DNA of 64,000 bases from the human T2T-CHM13v2.0 reference genome, Homo sapiens: the NCBI RefSeq assembly GCF_009914755.1, contig NC_060930.1; one strand, 5' to 3'. The notes beneath the pieces were generated by a model. That model was given only the letters and a program-made list of their open reading frames with translations, did not search any database and had not been told where the DNA came from. Both the position numbers and the translations under genes were made by a program. How positions within the stretch are numbered: position 1 is the first letter of the stretch; each line of letters begins with the position of its first letter. Of the stretch, positions 29,795-44,546 are shown piece by piece.

Positions 29795-30092
29795 GGCTGG
29801 GCACCATGGCCCACACCTGCAATCCCAGCACTTTGGAAGGCCAAGATGGGAGGATCTCTTGAGCCCAGGAGTTCAAGACCAGCCCGGGCAACACAGCAAG
29901 ACCCCATCGCTACGAAAGTAAAAAAAAAATTAGCCAGGTGTTGTGTTGCGCACCTGTAGTCCCAGCTACTCAAGAGGCTGAGGTGGGAGGATCCCTTGAG
30001 CTCAGGAATTCAAGGTTGCAGTGAGCTATGATTGTACCACTGCAGTTAAGCCTGGGCAACAGAAAGAGACCTATTTCAAAAAAATAAAAACA
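29795..30092 (+). mobile_element. AluJ (Jo-like)
   Basis: gaggatctcttgagcccaggag, gagctatgattg; TSD tagaaatRtcacacta at 29778-29793 and 30093-30108. Confidence 0.92.
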
Positions 30093-30919
30093 TAGAAATA
30101 TCACACTATGGCATTCTGGCGACATTTGATCTGGCTAAAACAATGAAATATAATCAGATTTTAAAATGTGTTCTCTTCTGAAAATGCCAAAGAACTCAAA
30201 AAGAATAATCACATTCACTTTCACGAAATATTCTAGCATCAGATGCATAAAATGCTAAAAGCCCCTTTCTAGAGGTAGAAGCATATAATACAATGAAAGA
30301 CCTTAGAAGGAATATATTTATACACATTAAAGAGTCTCATTCTAGAAGAGCATGAATTTGCTTGAGTTGTTTTCTTCCTGTTATATAAGAGCATGGGAGT
30401 CAGCCAATGGACATCTTGCCACAGAGGATCGACAGATGCTTGCAGAGTAAAAGTGGGAAAAAGCCAGGAAGTCCAAATTAGCAAACTTCATTTTGACTAT
30501 GGACAAAACATTTGTTTTAATGAAAGATATTCAACTCGTTTTCTAGTTTTGACATAGGCCTTATGACTTTATAAACACATTTTATTATCCACTTCTTTAA
30601 GGTTTTTAAAAAACAATCCATATTCTCGCTTTCATAGGTGCAGTGTTGTATTTTATTATACGCCAATAAATGAACTGCAATATGTGGCCAGAAATACTGA
30701 ATATTTCAATATTATAGGCATAGTATTGTTGTTTTTAAGATGCAGCGAGAAATCTGAGCATTTGCATGGGAATGGTCTATTAGAAAAGTTTGTAAAAAAA
30801 AAAAAGAAGAGTAAAATTAATATAAATTTTCCTGCAAACAATTATTACCTTGAAACACTATATTTCATGTCCTTAGCATTCCTCATCTTGTTCTAATTAT
30901 CAGCCTCTTTCCACCTTAC

Positions 30920-31130
30920 CATGTAGTGTGATAGAGAGGGCACGGGCTCTGAAATTTGACAGGTCTGCCTTCAAATCCAGCTCCACTACTTGCTTGCAGC
31001 GTGATCTTGGAAACTGAGCCTCAGTTCCATCATTTACACAAGTATAATAAATTTAATTTAAATGGTGTTCTGAGGATGAAATCAGAAAATAATGTTTGTC
31101 ACACTTAGTAGGTAGGGGTACGGTAGCTGT
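30920..31130 (+). mobile_element. MIR SINE
   Basis: gcacgggctctg...ttcaaatccagctccactactt...gagcctcagttcc. Confidence 0.75.
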
Positions 31131-31189
31131 TTCTTCTTTTCAAATCTCCCTTCTACCCTCAAAACAACAAAACAATAAAACCTGGGTAC

Positions 31190-31995
31190 ATCGTGAGTAT
31201 ATTCTGGTTTTTGGTGGTGTAAAGCTTAAGAATACAAAATTAGTTTTAAAAATATACACTTAGAGGAGAAAATAAATCATAACAAATTACAAATTTTTAA
31301 AAAGCTGATTAAAAAATGAAGCATCATACTTTTTGATCACTTCATCTGTCAGCAATTTTGTAATAGCATTTTTCTATATTGAAAAAAAAATCAGACTTTT
31401 TTCCCAGCATGGTTGATTGAACTTTGGTTTTTAATATGTCTAGTCTGCACATTATTTTTCAGGATCATAACTGGTTATTGATAATGGCAGGTTAAATTTT
31501 AGAATTGTTGCCAATTTTAGAGGATTATTTATCAAATTTATTTAATTATACATTTCAAGATTTGGAAGAATTCCAAGTTTTCTCTAGCGAAAAATTTTAA
31601 ATAACTTTTAAATTGGCAACAATGCACCAACTTTTTATTGATATTGTCATGTCCTGATGCTGGACAGAATAAGAAGTAGTATTTCTAGAAACTGTTCAGC
31701 CAGCAATTTATACCCAGATGTGACTTTGCACACCATGATTCCCATTAAATACAAACAAAATATATCTTCAATTCAACTGTCCCTTAATTGCACCTCATAC
31801 TAAAAACGGAAAGTTACAGTAAAGAGAAAATGGTCTTATTGCCAACTGCAGTTAAAATACCTTGCTATTGCAAAGTGTACGAAACTTATGACTGCATGAA
31901 TATATGGTCAGGGCCCTTCCCAGGCCTTGAAAGGAGTCTGTGTAAGGGGCCCTGAAGCATAAGCTTCATTAGCTTCATCTAAAATTCCTGCTTCT
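31190..31995 (-). mobile_element. hAT-Tip100 (Zaphod/MER115-like) DNA transposon fossil
   Basis: Terminus gggcccttcccaggccttgaaagg...ggggccctgaagcataagcttcattagcttcat. Confidence 0.6.
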
Positions 31996-32039
31996 CATTT
32001 CTTTTCATTGTTTGTCTTCCTTTCCCACTCAAACTCCGG

Positions 32040-32790
32040 TCACTTCTCTGCTTCCACTCCCTACATTCTGACTATTAGCTCCATCATGATATTGAAATTG
32101 CTCTCTTGAATGCATTGACATTCAACTGCTTTTCCTCAATTCTGGTCCAACTTGATCTTATCACATACTAGGCCATTGATCACATGCTCCTTGAAACTCC
32201 TCCTTCCTTTTGTTTTCTGGTGACTCCTTAGTTCCCTATTTGTCTTGTAGCCTTGCAGCCTTCCTTCTTTGCCCTTTCCTGGCTTGTCTTTCTCTTTCAC
32301 CTCCCACCTTATATGGATCCCTACAGTTCTCTTCTCTGCCTTCTATACTCATCATCCTGTGAACTCCAGAGAGAACTCTCAGCTCTCATGGCTCCAGCTG
32401 TGACCTCTACCTGGATGATTTCTAAATCTCTAATTCTCATCTTAACCTTTTAGTATGCTCCAATTTCATTTTCCCATCCATTTGAATAACAAGCCTGTTC
32501 AATGTCTCATCACCACCTTAAAAACCAGATGTTCAAAACCTACTTCATCCTCATTCATCCCAACTTACCCCATGTGTACTATGCCATTTGTACTACCTAA
32601 TTATTCACTGGCCTCTAATTATGTCATCTCCTAAAATACTATATAAGTTTATGAAGGCTTAGAAATGTATCCTCCTCTCCCTTCCTGCCCCTCTTCTCCT
32701 TCTCCCTCTCCTCCTCCTCTTCTTCCTTCGACTCCTAGACAGTGCTGGCTATACAATTGATATTCAGTAAACATGTGCAGATTAAATAAT
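32040..32790 (+). mobile_element. L2 LINE fragments
   Basis: cttccactccc...tgaaattgctctc...ctccttgaaactc...gatgatttctaaatct...acagtgctgg...agtaaacatgtgcagattaaat. Confidence 0.65.
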
Positions 32791-32893
32791 ATTCTCTAGA
32801 ATGTTGAGAAAAATTCTATACATCTATTTCTTGTAAAGAAATAGATCATTTTCATCCTTTTTTTTTTAAAAAAAACTGACTTTACAAGCTTAA

Positions 32894-33222
<329 letters not shown>

Positions 33223-33914
33223 TGGAAATCTTAAAACATGGGGAAATAAGGAGAAAATCACTAAGATTTATGAAGATGACACATGCACAATGCTCCAACT
33301 GTTTGGTCCTTCATTAAGATGAGAAAATCTGTGAAACACTACCATCTGCCATCCAAAGAATTACAAAATTTAAAAACACACTCAAATTAAGTCAATTGAT
33401 GACTCACAACAGGGATACAGGTTTAAAAGGCGACACATTATATAATGAGTAATAGAGTGTAAAACAATGGCAGGGCAGAGAGGAAAGAGGAGAAGAGGAC
33501 GAGAAGGGGGTGGAGGACCAATGGTGATTACCCAGTTGCCATGTCACTGCCAAGCTACAAGACAAGAAGATGGGAGGGAGAGAATGACTAAATTATTCTC
33601 TGCCCTCATCATTAGCAACCCACTGTTGCTGAGAGTCAAGAAAGTGTTCAATTTCAGGAAGAGTTCTTGTGCTTCAATAATATGATTGTGTTTCATTTCT
33701 TAGTTAAATCTTCCATCAATGGTGGGGGGCAAAATGAAAGAGTTGGGAAGCCCTAACTTACTCACAGAAACGTAGTTACACCCAGACAGAAGCATCTGAT
33801 CCATGGTTGTTCATATTTTTTCGGGAAATAACCCAGCCCTGAAAAAGAAAAATGCTTCTGAAAAGAACTGGAGATTGAGACTGCATAACCCAAACTGGAC
33901 AGTAAAAACAATGA

Positions 33915-34160
33915 AAGTAATAGCTACCCTCTGTTGAGTTCTTAATATGTGCCAGACACCTTTAAGTGCTATATACAGTTACTATTTCATTGATCCACAC
34001 AGAAAGTCTATGAATTAGGAATGATTATTATCCTAATATGACAGATGAGGAAAGTAAGGCACAGAGAGGTTAAGCAATTTGCCCAAGGTTACACAGTATG
34101 AAAGTTTCAGAACCAGGATATGAACCCAGGTGATCTCACTTCAGACTTCACATCTTAATG
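33915..34160 (-). mobile_element. MIR SINE, near complete
   Basis: acagatgaggaaagtaaggcacagagaggttaagcaatttgcccaaggttacacag. Confidence 0.9.
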
Positions 34161-34671
34161 AAGAAACTTTCATTCTTATTCTATGCTAATATACTATGGT
34201 GCATTTTAATGTATTTTAGGTGATTTTTTTATTATATAGACAGAATAAGATGAATTAGCTGTATTATTAAAATATCAATAAAGTCCTTAAAGTTCATAAA
34301 AGTAGGTATAACTATTACAATCACTTCAGCTTTAATAAAGGAAACAAGCATAAAGGAACTATAACTGAAAACAATGTAAAATACTGACATACTTAGGAAT
34401 TTATCATTTTTGTCTCCTAAGCAATCTCAGTTTGTATACCATTTTACAAATAAGTTAAAAACCTTAATAAGCTATGGTTTTGTCTATTTTGAAATTTAGC
34501 TCATTGTTGAAAATGAAAAAAATAGAAAGTATTTATTTTCTACTGTTACAGAAAATCTAAATAGACAAATTTTATTTAGTACCTAAACTTAGAAGGTTTT
34601 GAAAGGATTTATGAGATTGTAAAGTGACTAGGGGCACCTAGCACAAGCTATCTTTAAAAGGTTTCCTTGTA

Positions 34672-34963
34672 GGCTGGGCACGGTGGCTCACCCCTGTAAT
34701 CCTCCCAAACACTTTAAAAGGCGGAGGCTGGTGGATTGCTTGAGCCTAGGAGTTTGAGACCAGCCTGGGCAATATGGCAAAACCCCTTCTCTACAAAAAA
34801 TACATAAATTAGCCAGGCATGGTGGCAGGCACCCGTAGTCCCAACTACTCAAGGGGCTGAGGTAGGAGAACCTGAGTCTGGGAGGTCGAGTTTGCAGTGA
34901 GCCATGATTGCATCACTGCACACCCCGGACAACAGAGGGAGGCCCTGTCTCAAAAAAAAAAAA
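34672..34963 (+). mobile_element. AluJ (Jb-like)
   Basis: ggattgcttgagcctaggag, gagccatgattg; flanks aaaaggtttcctt / aaaagtttcctt. Confidence 0.9.
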
Positions 34964-35021
34964 GTTTCCTTTTAATACAACTAAAACTAATATATAATAA
35001 GCCAAATTGCTGTTAATCTCC

Positions 35022-35430
35022 TATCTTAGTTTGGCCTCTTGCAGACACAGACCCTGAGATGAGGATTCAAGTGCAACCAGTTTGGGCAGAGGAGGACATG
35101 ATCAGAAGAGAGTGAGGAAATGAGACAAGGAGGGAGGGCAGCAACAAAGGATGTGGTATGAAGTCTGCTATCACCTGTGAGTGAGGCCTAATCCCACTGG
35201 GCAAATCCTGAAAGCCAGTGTATACCATGTTCCTCAGAAGAGCGAGGGAGCTAGGACATTTACACACTAACTCCCATCAGCCCATTCCTTCAGGCATTGC
35301 ATGAGGGCTGCTCTGGTGAGGGGCAACAACTCTGCCATTTGTCAGGCCTGCCATACTGGAGGGCAGAGTGCACTCCAATAGCAAGAGAAAGCCCTTGGTG
35401 CAGGTGCTGGCGATGGGACATCCAGCAGCA
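35022..35430 (-). mobile_element. LTR16-type ERVL solo LTR
   Basis: tcttagtttgg...cagaccctgagatgaggattcaagtgcaa...gagggagctaggacatttacacactaactcccatcag. Confidence 0.7.
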
Positions 35431-35740
35431 TATGCTACGCTTCTCCTCTGTGCTACTTTCCACTGTAAAAGGGACTATTTTTTCTATAAATCTTTACGTT
35501 CAAAACATCATCTACTCTTGGAAATAAGAAAACAAGAGATCAAATTATCCAACAATGAGACTTTTTTATCATGTTAGTTTGTGTGAGGCCTTCACAGAAG
35601 CAATGCTCAGACTCCCTGTTTCAAGCTGCTCTGGATGATTAAACACATGATGTCTTGCACAGAACAGTAGAGGAGGAGTTAGCAGGAAGACGTGTGCAAG
35701 AAGCAAAATACACTGAGTGTATCCCTTATTGAAGATATCA

Positions 35741-36148
<408 letters not shown>

Positions 36149-38357
36149 TTATCTATTCATGAACCCTAAATTTCTGTGGGCCTTCAAATCCCTTATTTAT
36201 GAGGCAAGGGGATTTGCAGTCCTGAGAGAGACCAAGTGGCTTATCATTGGTCTTAAATTGAGTTGATGATTTAACTTGAGCCAGAGCTGACTCCATATCT
36301 GGTCAAGGAGATGGGAAGATTTGGAGTAAGAAACCTGCTCCAGCTCACTCACTGTCCTCTAAGATACACACATTGCCATTCCCACTTGCCTTCAAATTTG
36401 TCTCATTCTTTTCTTTCTTTCACATAAAAGTTTCCAAATTGGCCAAATGGCCAAATGACCAAATAGATGTTTTTCTTCTTTAATGTTCTTGCTTCCTTGT
36501 AGCTGTAGGTTAGAATTTGCATGTACTTCTTCAGGAGTGAAAGATATGTAGTAACGAGATAAATCCTCATGTGATTAGAAGACATAAAGGACATTTCAAC
36601 CATCCCTACCTGCCCTTGAACCCTATTTTTATTCATCTTTCTCTCAGTCATACACTCACATAGTTAGAAAAATAGATTTGTTTGTATATCTTGTAGTTTG
36701 CCTCTTTTTTATTCATATTAAACTTTTTCTCAGGCTGTACCTTGATGCTTTGTTCTGAAACATCCTCACTCATTATCCAAACACAACTAATTAAAATTAG
36801 TTAATTTTGAAAAATTAATCATAAAGATTCCCCAAGTTGAAAAAAATTCAAGAAATAAATGTCAGGCTTTTAACAACAACAACAACAATGAAAAAGGTGA
36901 TGAAAATCAGGAAATCACATGCCTAACTAAGAAGTGTGATTTTTCACCCTCTTGTTGGATGCCTGGCAGGATTGCAAAGAAGATGAAAAAAAAAGATTAA
37001 CTATGTGATTTATATTTGTGCTTTGAAATTTGTCCCTAGCCTGAAATCAGATCTCTGTGTTTACTCAGCCATAAGTTGGAATAACATTACACCTCCAGCT
37101 GATGACTCACAGGAAATACTGGATGATTTTTAAAAGGAAAAATAAGCGTAACATTCTTTTTCTGAGCATCCTGAAAGATAGGGAGATAAGAGAAAGAGGA
37201 TGGAAATGCCTTCCCACAGTCACCACTCAATAATACTCATTAAGTTCTGAAGAGAACAGAAATGCTGATAGTTTTCTCTGGTCTGTACACGGGGAAGTGT
37301 GAAAGGATGCTGTTACATTGTAAGTGCATTTGTTGGGAGGTTTTCTTCTCAGCTGTAACTCCAGGATGTATGTACATGTGTGAATATGTGCATGTATGTG
37401 AGTGTGTGTATGTAAAGGGGAAAGGTATAGTCAGAACTCAGAAAATGAAACATGAATATTTATAACTAGGCTTCTTATGTATTTCTCTTTTATATCTTTG
37501 AAGAGAAACATCATAAAGATGGAAAGTATATAAACATATAGATGATTACAATAGAAGAGCAACATACAGCAAAGGTATCAGGGTTGCATATTGCAATTTT
37601 GCATAATCCAAGCATTATATTAAATCATCCTTTGCTAGAAAAACATGCATTCCTATAAAAATTAGAGTACAACATATGCATACAACAGGCATACAACAGT
37701 GTTTTAATTGCATCAAGAATACTGGTAATCAGCAAACATTGATTGGACTTAGGATTGCCAAGAATATCCTGCCAATTTAGGGTTTATTGATTTACTTTGC
37801 TTGGTTATTTAGTCGAAGATGTTTCAATTATTTATTTAATGCTCTTGTTAATTTGATCTGCACCACATGTCTCTTTGTCTACAGTCTAGTAGACACTGAC
37901 TCTTAGGCATGTGCTTAAGACAGAGAATGTGTTCTCTTTATATGCAGGCATGCTACCTTTATAGTGTGCTTAGATATTCAAGTCAGATAAAAGCATGAAA
38001 ACCAAATTTTGGTTTCCTGGTGAACACTCATATTCTCCTTTTATGTCATATCATAAACTGAGGCTTGATATTCAAGGAATACATAGGGAATCTGGACCCT
38101 TGAATATGAATAAAATATTATGACAACGTAATAGCAACTTGATAGACATTCATACTTGCCAGAGACATCTTAAAATAGTGGAAAATTGCCCTAACTACAT
38201 CTAATAATAATTCAATTAGGTAGAAATCTAAATTAATGACACAAGCAAAAGAACAAATTATCAGAGTATTCTGGCATTACACAGAGACATTGAGATCTGT
38301 AGATAGAAGATGTAGCATGTTCTTACCCTGTAAAAATATAATCCCCTGAACCTAAAG

Positions 38358-38550
38358 ACTAATATTGTCCAACAGAACTATCTGTAATTATGAAAATGTT
38401 TTATAATCTATTCCATCCACTACAGTGGTCACTAGCTACATGTGACACTTGGAATTTAGCTAGTACAATGGATAAACTGTATTTTAAATTTTAGTTAATT
38501 TAAATTAATTTAAATTTAAATATCCTCATAGGGTTAATGCTTTTGCAATA
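38358..38550. mobile_element. MER3-like hAT-Charlie fossil
   Basis: tgtccaacagaactatctgtaattatgaaaatgtt...cactagctacatgtg...ttaatttaaatttaaata. Confidence 0.75.
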
Positions 38551-38699
38551 TGTATATTCAATAATATCAAGCATAATGCCTGGCTCGAGATAAGTGTTTT
38601 ATAAATATTTCAGTCTTTGTCATTCTTTCTCTGATATTCAGAATCACATTTTAAAACTGTCTATTGCATGATTGATAATTAGTTTATGAATATATATCA

Positions 38700-39160
38700 G
38701 TTTAGAAAGCCTTCAGTTATCACATATCATAGAACACCACATTTATGGAAGATTAAACCCTAGGGATATTTACTGTATTCTTCCAAGTTTTTATCAACAG
38801 CTCAAAAATGTCTTTCTTCCCTTTGGTTTCACCATTCTCAGTCTGTTGGACTTTCATCCATTTACCTAAGTGATAGAGCAGGTAAGGTACTTTTACTTAC
38901 CATCACAAGATAGCGGCTGTAGCTCCAGGCATTATATCTTGATATAATTGTCCCAAGGTGTAAAAATGTATCCATGGCAACTGTGTCATCCCTAGCTAGA
39001 GAGGCCAGAAAAAGGAATGCCTGGGAAAGGAGAAGAGGGATTTCATGATTGGCTTAGACAATTCATCACTTGGGGCAGAGTATATTGCTATCCAAACAAA
39101 ATTGGAATCTTCTTGGGAAAGAGAGACATGGCTCTTTTATAGGCTTAGGGAATGTCTGCC
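38700..39160 (-). mobile_element. Old MLT1 (K/L-like) LTR
   Basis: cacaagatagcggctgtagctccaggcat...catgattggcttagacaa...aacaaaattgg. Confidence 0.6.
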
Positions 39161-39164
39161 CCAC

Positions 39165-39290
39165 TCTTGCATTTTTACTCTCGACTGTAGTTTCCTTGAA
39201 GGAAGAAATAACATCTTTATCCCCCAGAGTGCACAGTGGTCTTAAAAACATAGCAGTCACTCAGTAATTATGTGTTTGATGGTTGAATCC
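39165..39290 (+). mobile_element. L2 3' end
   Basis: gactgtagtttccttgaagg...tttatcccccagagtgcacagtg...cactcagtaat. Confidence 0.6.
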
Positions 39291-39395
39291 TTAACTGGTG
39301 TTTGGGACATTTCCTGTGCCTTCAAATTATGTCTTTATTTTAGGTACATTTCAGAGTCACAAACAGCTACCTATTTTGTAAATAAGAAAAGTTCA

Positions 39396-39758
<363 letters not shown>

Positions 39759-41374
39759 AAAAAGTTCAGCAGCACACTGAGCCAAAAGACACATAAGTTT
39801 AACACACTTTGTGTAGATTCCTACAGAACTCAGAAGCCAAAATACAAACTTTGAGACTGAGATTGTTTTTATTATATCTGCCAGATGTAAACATTACGTA
39901 CTCAGCTAAACTGAGAGTCCTTTAATTATCTTTTTCAGGAAGCCTTGCTGAGGGTGTAGATCCTAAAGCTACCACCCAGAGCAGCTTCCTGACAGCTCAT
40001 GCTTCTTTACAGCAGGAGTCAACCCCAAATAATAGTTTCTCTATCCATACATTATAGTATTTGTCTGAACACAAAGTAATTAATACCTCCATCAAATAAA
40101 ATCTCTAATTGCATCATATGGTCTGAGCTACTCTCAGGTCACTCATCCATCTGGTTGGATTGATTTTGCCATTTGCCAGCATGTGGGTTTGTGTGTGTAG
40201 TGAGGGGTGTGTGGGGCAGCAGAGGATTGTTGGGTGTTTGGAGTAACACGTTACCACATGTGCATGGTCAGGTTTGCAACGTGCACCCTATCACTCCACC
40301 ACTGTGCTCAAGTAAGAAAAAGACAATTGCTCCTGGTCACAACACTCTTGGGTTTAAATTCTAATACATCCCTATTTTGGTGTCTCCAGAGAGCATCAAG
40401 CATAGATGATATACATGTTTTACAATTAACTGGGTGAAAAGCTATAGCCTAGCAATTCCTCAGCTCTAAAAGTAAAATTCTACAGTTCACAGAAATAATG
40501 ACAACTCTAGATGAAAGTTACACAGAGTTTTTGAGCCAGTGGGGAGAAAAATATAGAAAAAAATGTATGCAAAATAGTCTCAGTCTATGTATGTATTCCC
40601 AAATTATGTATATGCAGATTAGTTTGTACATACTCCCCAAACATTGGGATGGAAAGTGAAAAATTCCAAAAATCATCCACATTATTTGGTTATATGACAT
40701 TGCACCCAGATGTTTTGCATCCAGCTTTTTACTTTTCTTTCAACTGCTTTGAAATTACATACATGTGATAAACAAATCTTCATAGATAAAAGGAGGACTG
40801 GTCCAATTTATACTGTAATAAATGCCAAAGATAGAAAATATTTAACCCAGAGTTTTTGGATTGTCTGAAGTTGCTGTTTATAAGACTGTCCTAAGAAGTC
40901 ACTGAGGAAGTATAGATTGCATAGTAGACATACTGCAACTCATGAAAAGCCATTCCATATGTATGTTGAAATAAAATAAATGAAATAAAATAGGATATAG
41001 ATACTTCACACAAGCCAAACGTAGCACTTGCAATGAATATCACTCAACAACGAATGAGAGTTGTACCAACTATACGTTTTACTTTTTATCAACTATTTCA
41101 ATATACCTTTTCGTTTAGTTTTGTTTTCCATGAAGAAAAAATGAAAACTCAAACTGGAATGAGCACTTAATATGCTCTCCTCATAGGGGCTACACTTAAA
41201 TTAACAATTTTAGCTGCCAAGCTGGGTAGGGAGTGTGGGGTGATGCAGGTGCAGAGAGGAGGATGATCAAAAATATTCACTTTGCTATTTGCTACTGTTG
41301 GTTATTATTCATTTTCTTAGACCATTTAACCCATGCTGATGTTTACCACTGAGGGTGACAGAGGGCATTAGGGC

Positions 41375-41880
<506 letters not shown>

Positions 41881-41892
41881 ATCGTATATGTT

Positions 41893-42655
<763 letters not shown>

Positions 42656-42940
42656 GCTTAGCTAATGGTAAACTCTACAAATGTCAATGTTGATATTATT
42701 CTAGTTACAGTGGTAATAGGAGAGAGGGGTACACAAGGGAGCGTTTTAAAGCCTATTCCAGACATCAATCATCCATTTATTTCTTCATTCAAAGGAAGTA
42801 TACAGATTGTCATATTGCATGCCTACTGTATTGAGGTAGACATAACTGCTTTGGGAACAACACAAGATCTTGGTGAGATTCTCAAATAGGGATATTTGCA
42901 TCTAAAAGCTTCTCGCTCTTTCAGCTTCCCTCCTCTAGAG

Positions 42941-43175
42941 CAGCAGTCCCCATGGTTTGGGGATGATTCAAGCACATTCCATTTATCATTAGAGTCTCAT
43001 AAGGAGCACGGAACCTAGATTCCTCACATGCAGCAATTCACAATAGGGTTTGCCCTCCTCTGATAATCTAATGCCTGCTAATCTGACAGCAGGCAGAGCT
43101 CAGGCGGTAACACTCACTGGCCTGCAACTTACAGGGACCAGTAGATTTCCACTGCCCGGGAATTAGGGACCCGTG
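42941..43175 (+). mobile_element. MER1B-like hAT-Charlie element with 8-bp TSD
   Basis: ggatgattcaagcacatt...ctcataaggagcacg.aacctagat...ttcacaataggg; TSD ctctagag 42933-42940 / gtctagag 43176-43183. Confidence 0.88.
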
Positions 43176-43767
43176 GTCTAGAGTACTGTTATCCCCACTG
43201 CCCTGGTGGTTCAGAATCACTCACTGGAGTTTACGTTAACAGACAAACTGTCACCTTAGTCATCCCCACCAAAAATCTCCTGGGCAAGCTCCCATTTCCT
43301 CAGGTGTTTTTTTGGTGACTGGCTTGATTAATGCTAAGGTGTTAAATTTTCTGGTCAGTGTGTACATGTTCTTAACTCTTCCAGGTATTAAGCTTGCATT
43401 TCAAGAGGAGCACTGTAGTGACACCATGCCTTACACAATGGAGTCCTTCTCATGCTGGAATTTCAGAGCTCAGAGTGGGCCTATGGGACCAAGACTCTGG
43501 GGAAGATAAGATGTTCCACATTTCACAAATCAAATCACACAGGCAGTTCTGTCTACATACAGGGATGGCTTGGCAAGAAGTAATGAGGTCCTGTTGAGAA
43601 CTGAAGCAGCATAGAGTATAGTTGGAAAGATAAGAAATGTATCAATTAGACAATGATGGAATAAAACCCAATGGATGATAATATTGGTCTGAGAGCATAT
43701 AAAAATGCCAAAGGTTTTTTTAGTTGTAATAACTGATGTGTATTGAATGCTCACTCTGTAAAAGCAT

Positions 43768-44546
43768 ATTTTATTGTGATAAAACACACATTAACATAAA
43801 ATTTACAGTTAGTGTTATTTGGTATATTCACAGTATTGTATAACCATCACCACTAACTAGTTACAGAACATTTTCATCCATCCAAAAGGAAACCCCATGC
43901 CTGTTACACTTCCCTTTCTCCCCTATCCCCTGGCAAATACTAATCTGCTTTTTGTCTCAATGGATTTGCTTATTCTGGATATTTCATATAAATTGAATCA
44001 TACAATATGTGGCTTTCTAGGTCTTGCTTCTTTTACTTAGCATGGTATTTTCAAGGTTCATCCATGTTGTAGTATGTATCAGTACTTCATGCCTTTTCAT
44101 GGCTGAATAATATCCCATTTTATAGATATACCACATTTTGTTTATCATCCGTCAGTTGGTGGACACTTGGGTTGCTTGTATCTTTTGGCTATTGTGAATA
44201 GCACTCCTCTGAACACTCGTGCACAAATTTTCATTTGGGCTCCTGTTTTCAATCATTTGTGGTATATACTCAGGAGTGGAATTGCTAGGTCATATGTAAT
44301 TCGATATTTAACTGATTGAGGAAACACCAAGCTGTTTTTCAGTTTCCACTTTACATTACCTCCAGCAATGTATGAGGTTTCTAATTTCTCCACACCCTCA
44401 CCAAACTTGTTATTTTTCATTTTCCAAAAAATCCTAGCCATTCTAGGTGGTGCAAAGTGATACCTCATTTTGGTTCTGATTTGCATTTCCTTAATGACTA
44501 ATGATGTTGAACATCTTTTCATACATTTGGTGGCCAGTTGTATAGC
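43768..44546 (-). mobile_element. L1MB 3' fragment, inserted in a MIR
   Basis: Reverse ORF MKRCSTSLVIKEMQIRTKMRYHF; 3' UTR ccatcaccacta...cagaacattttcatc...ctggatatttcatataaat. Confidence 0.85.
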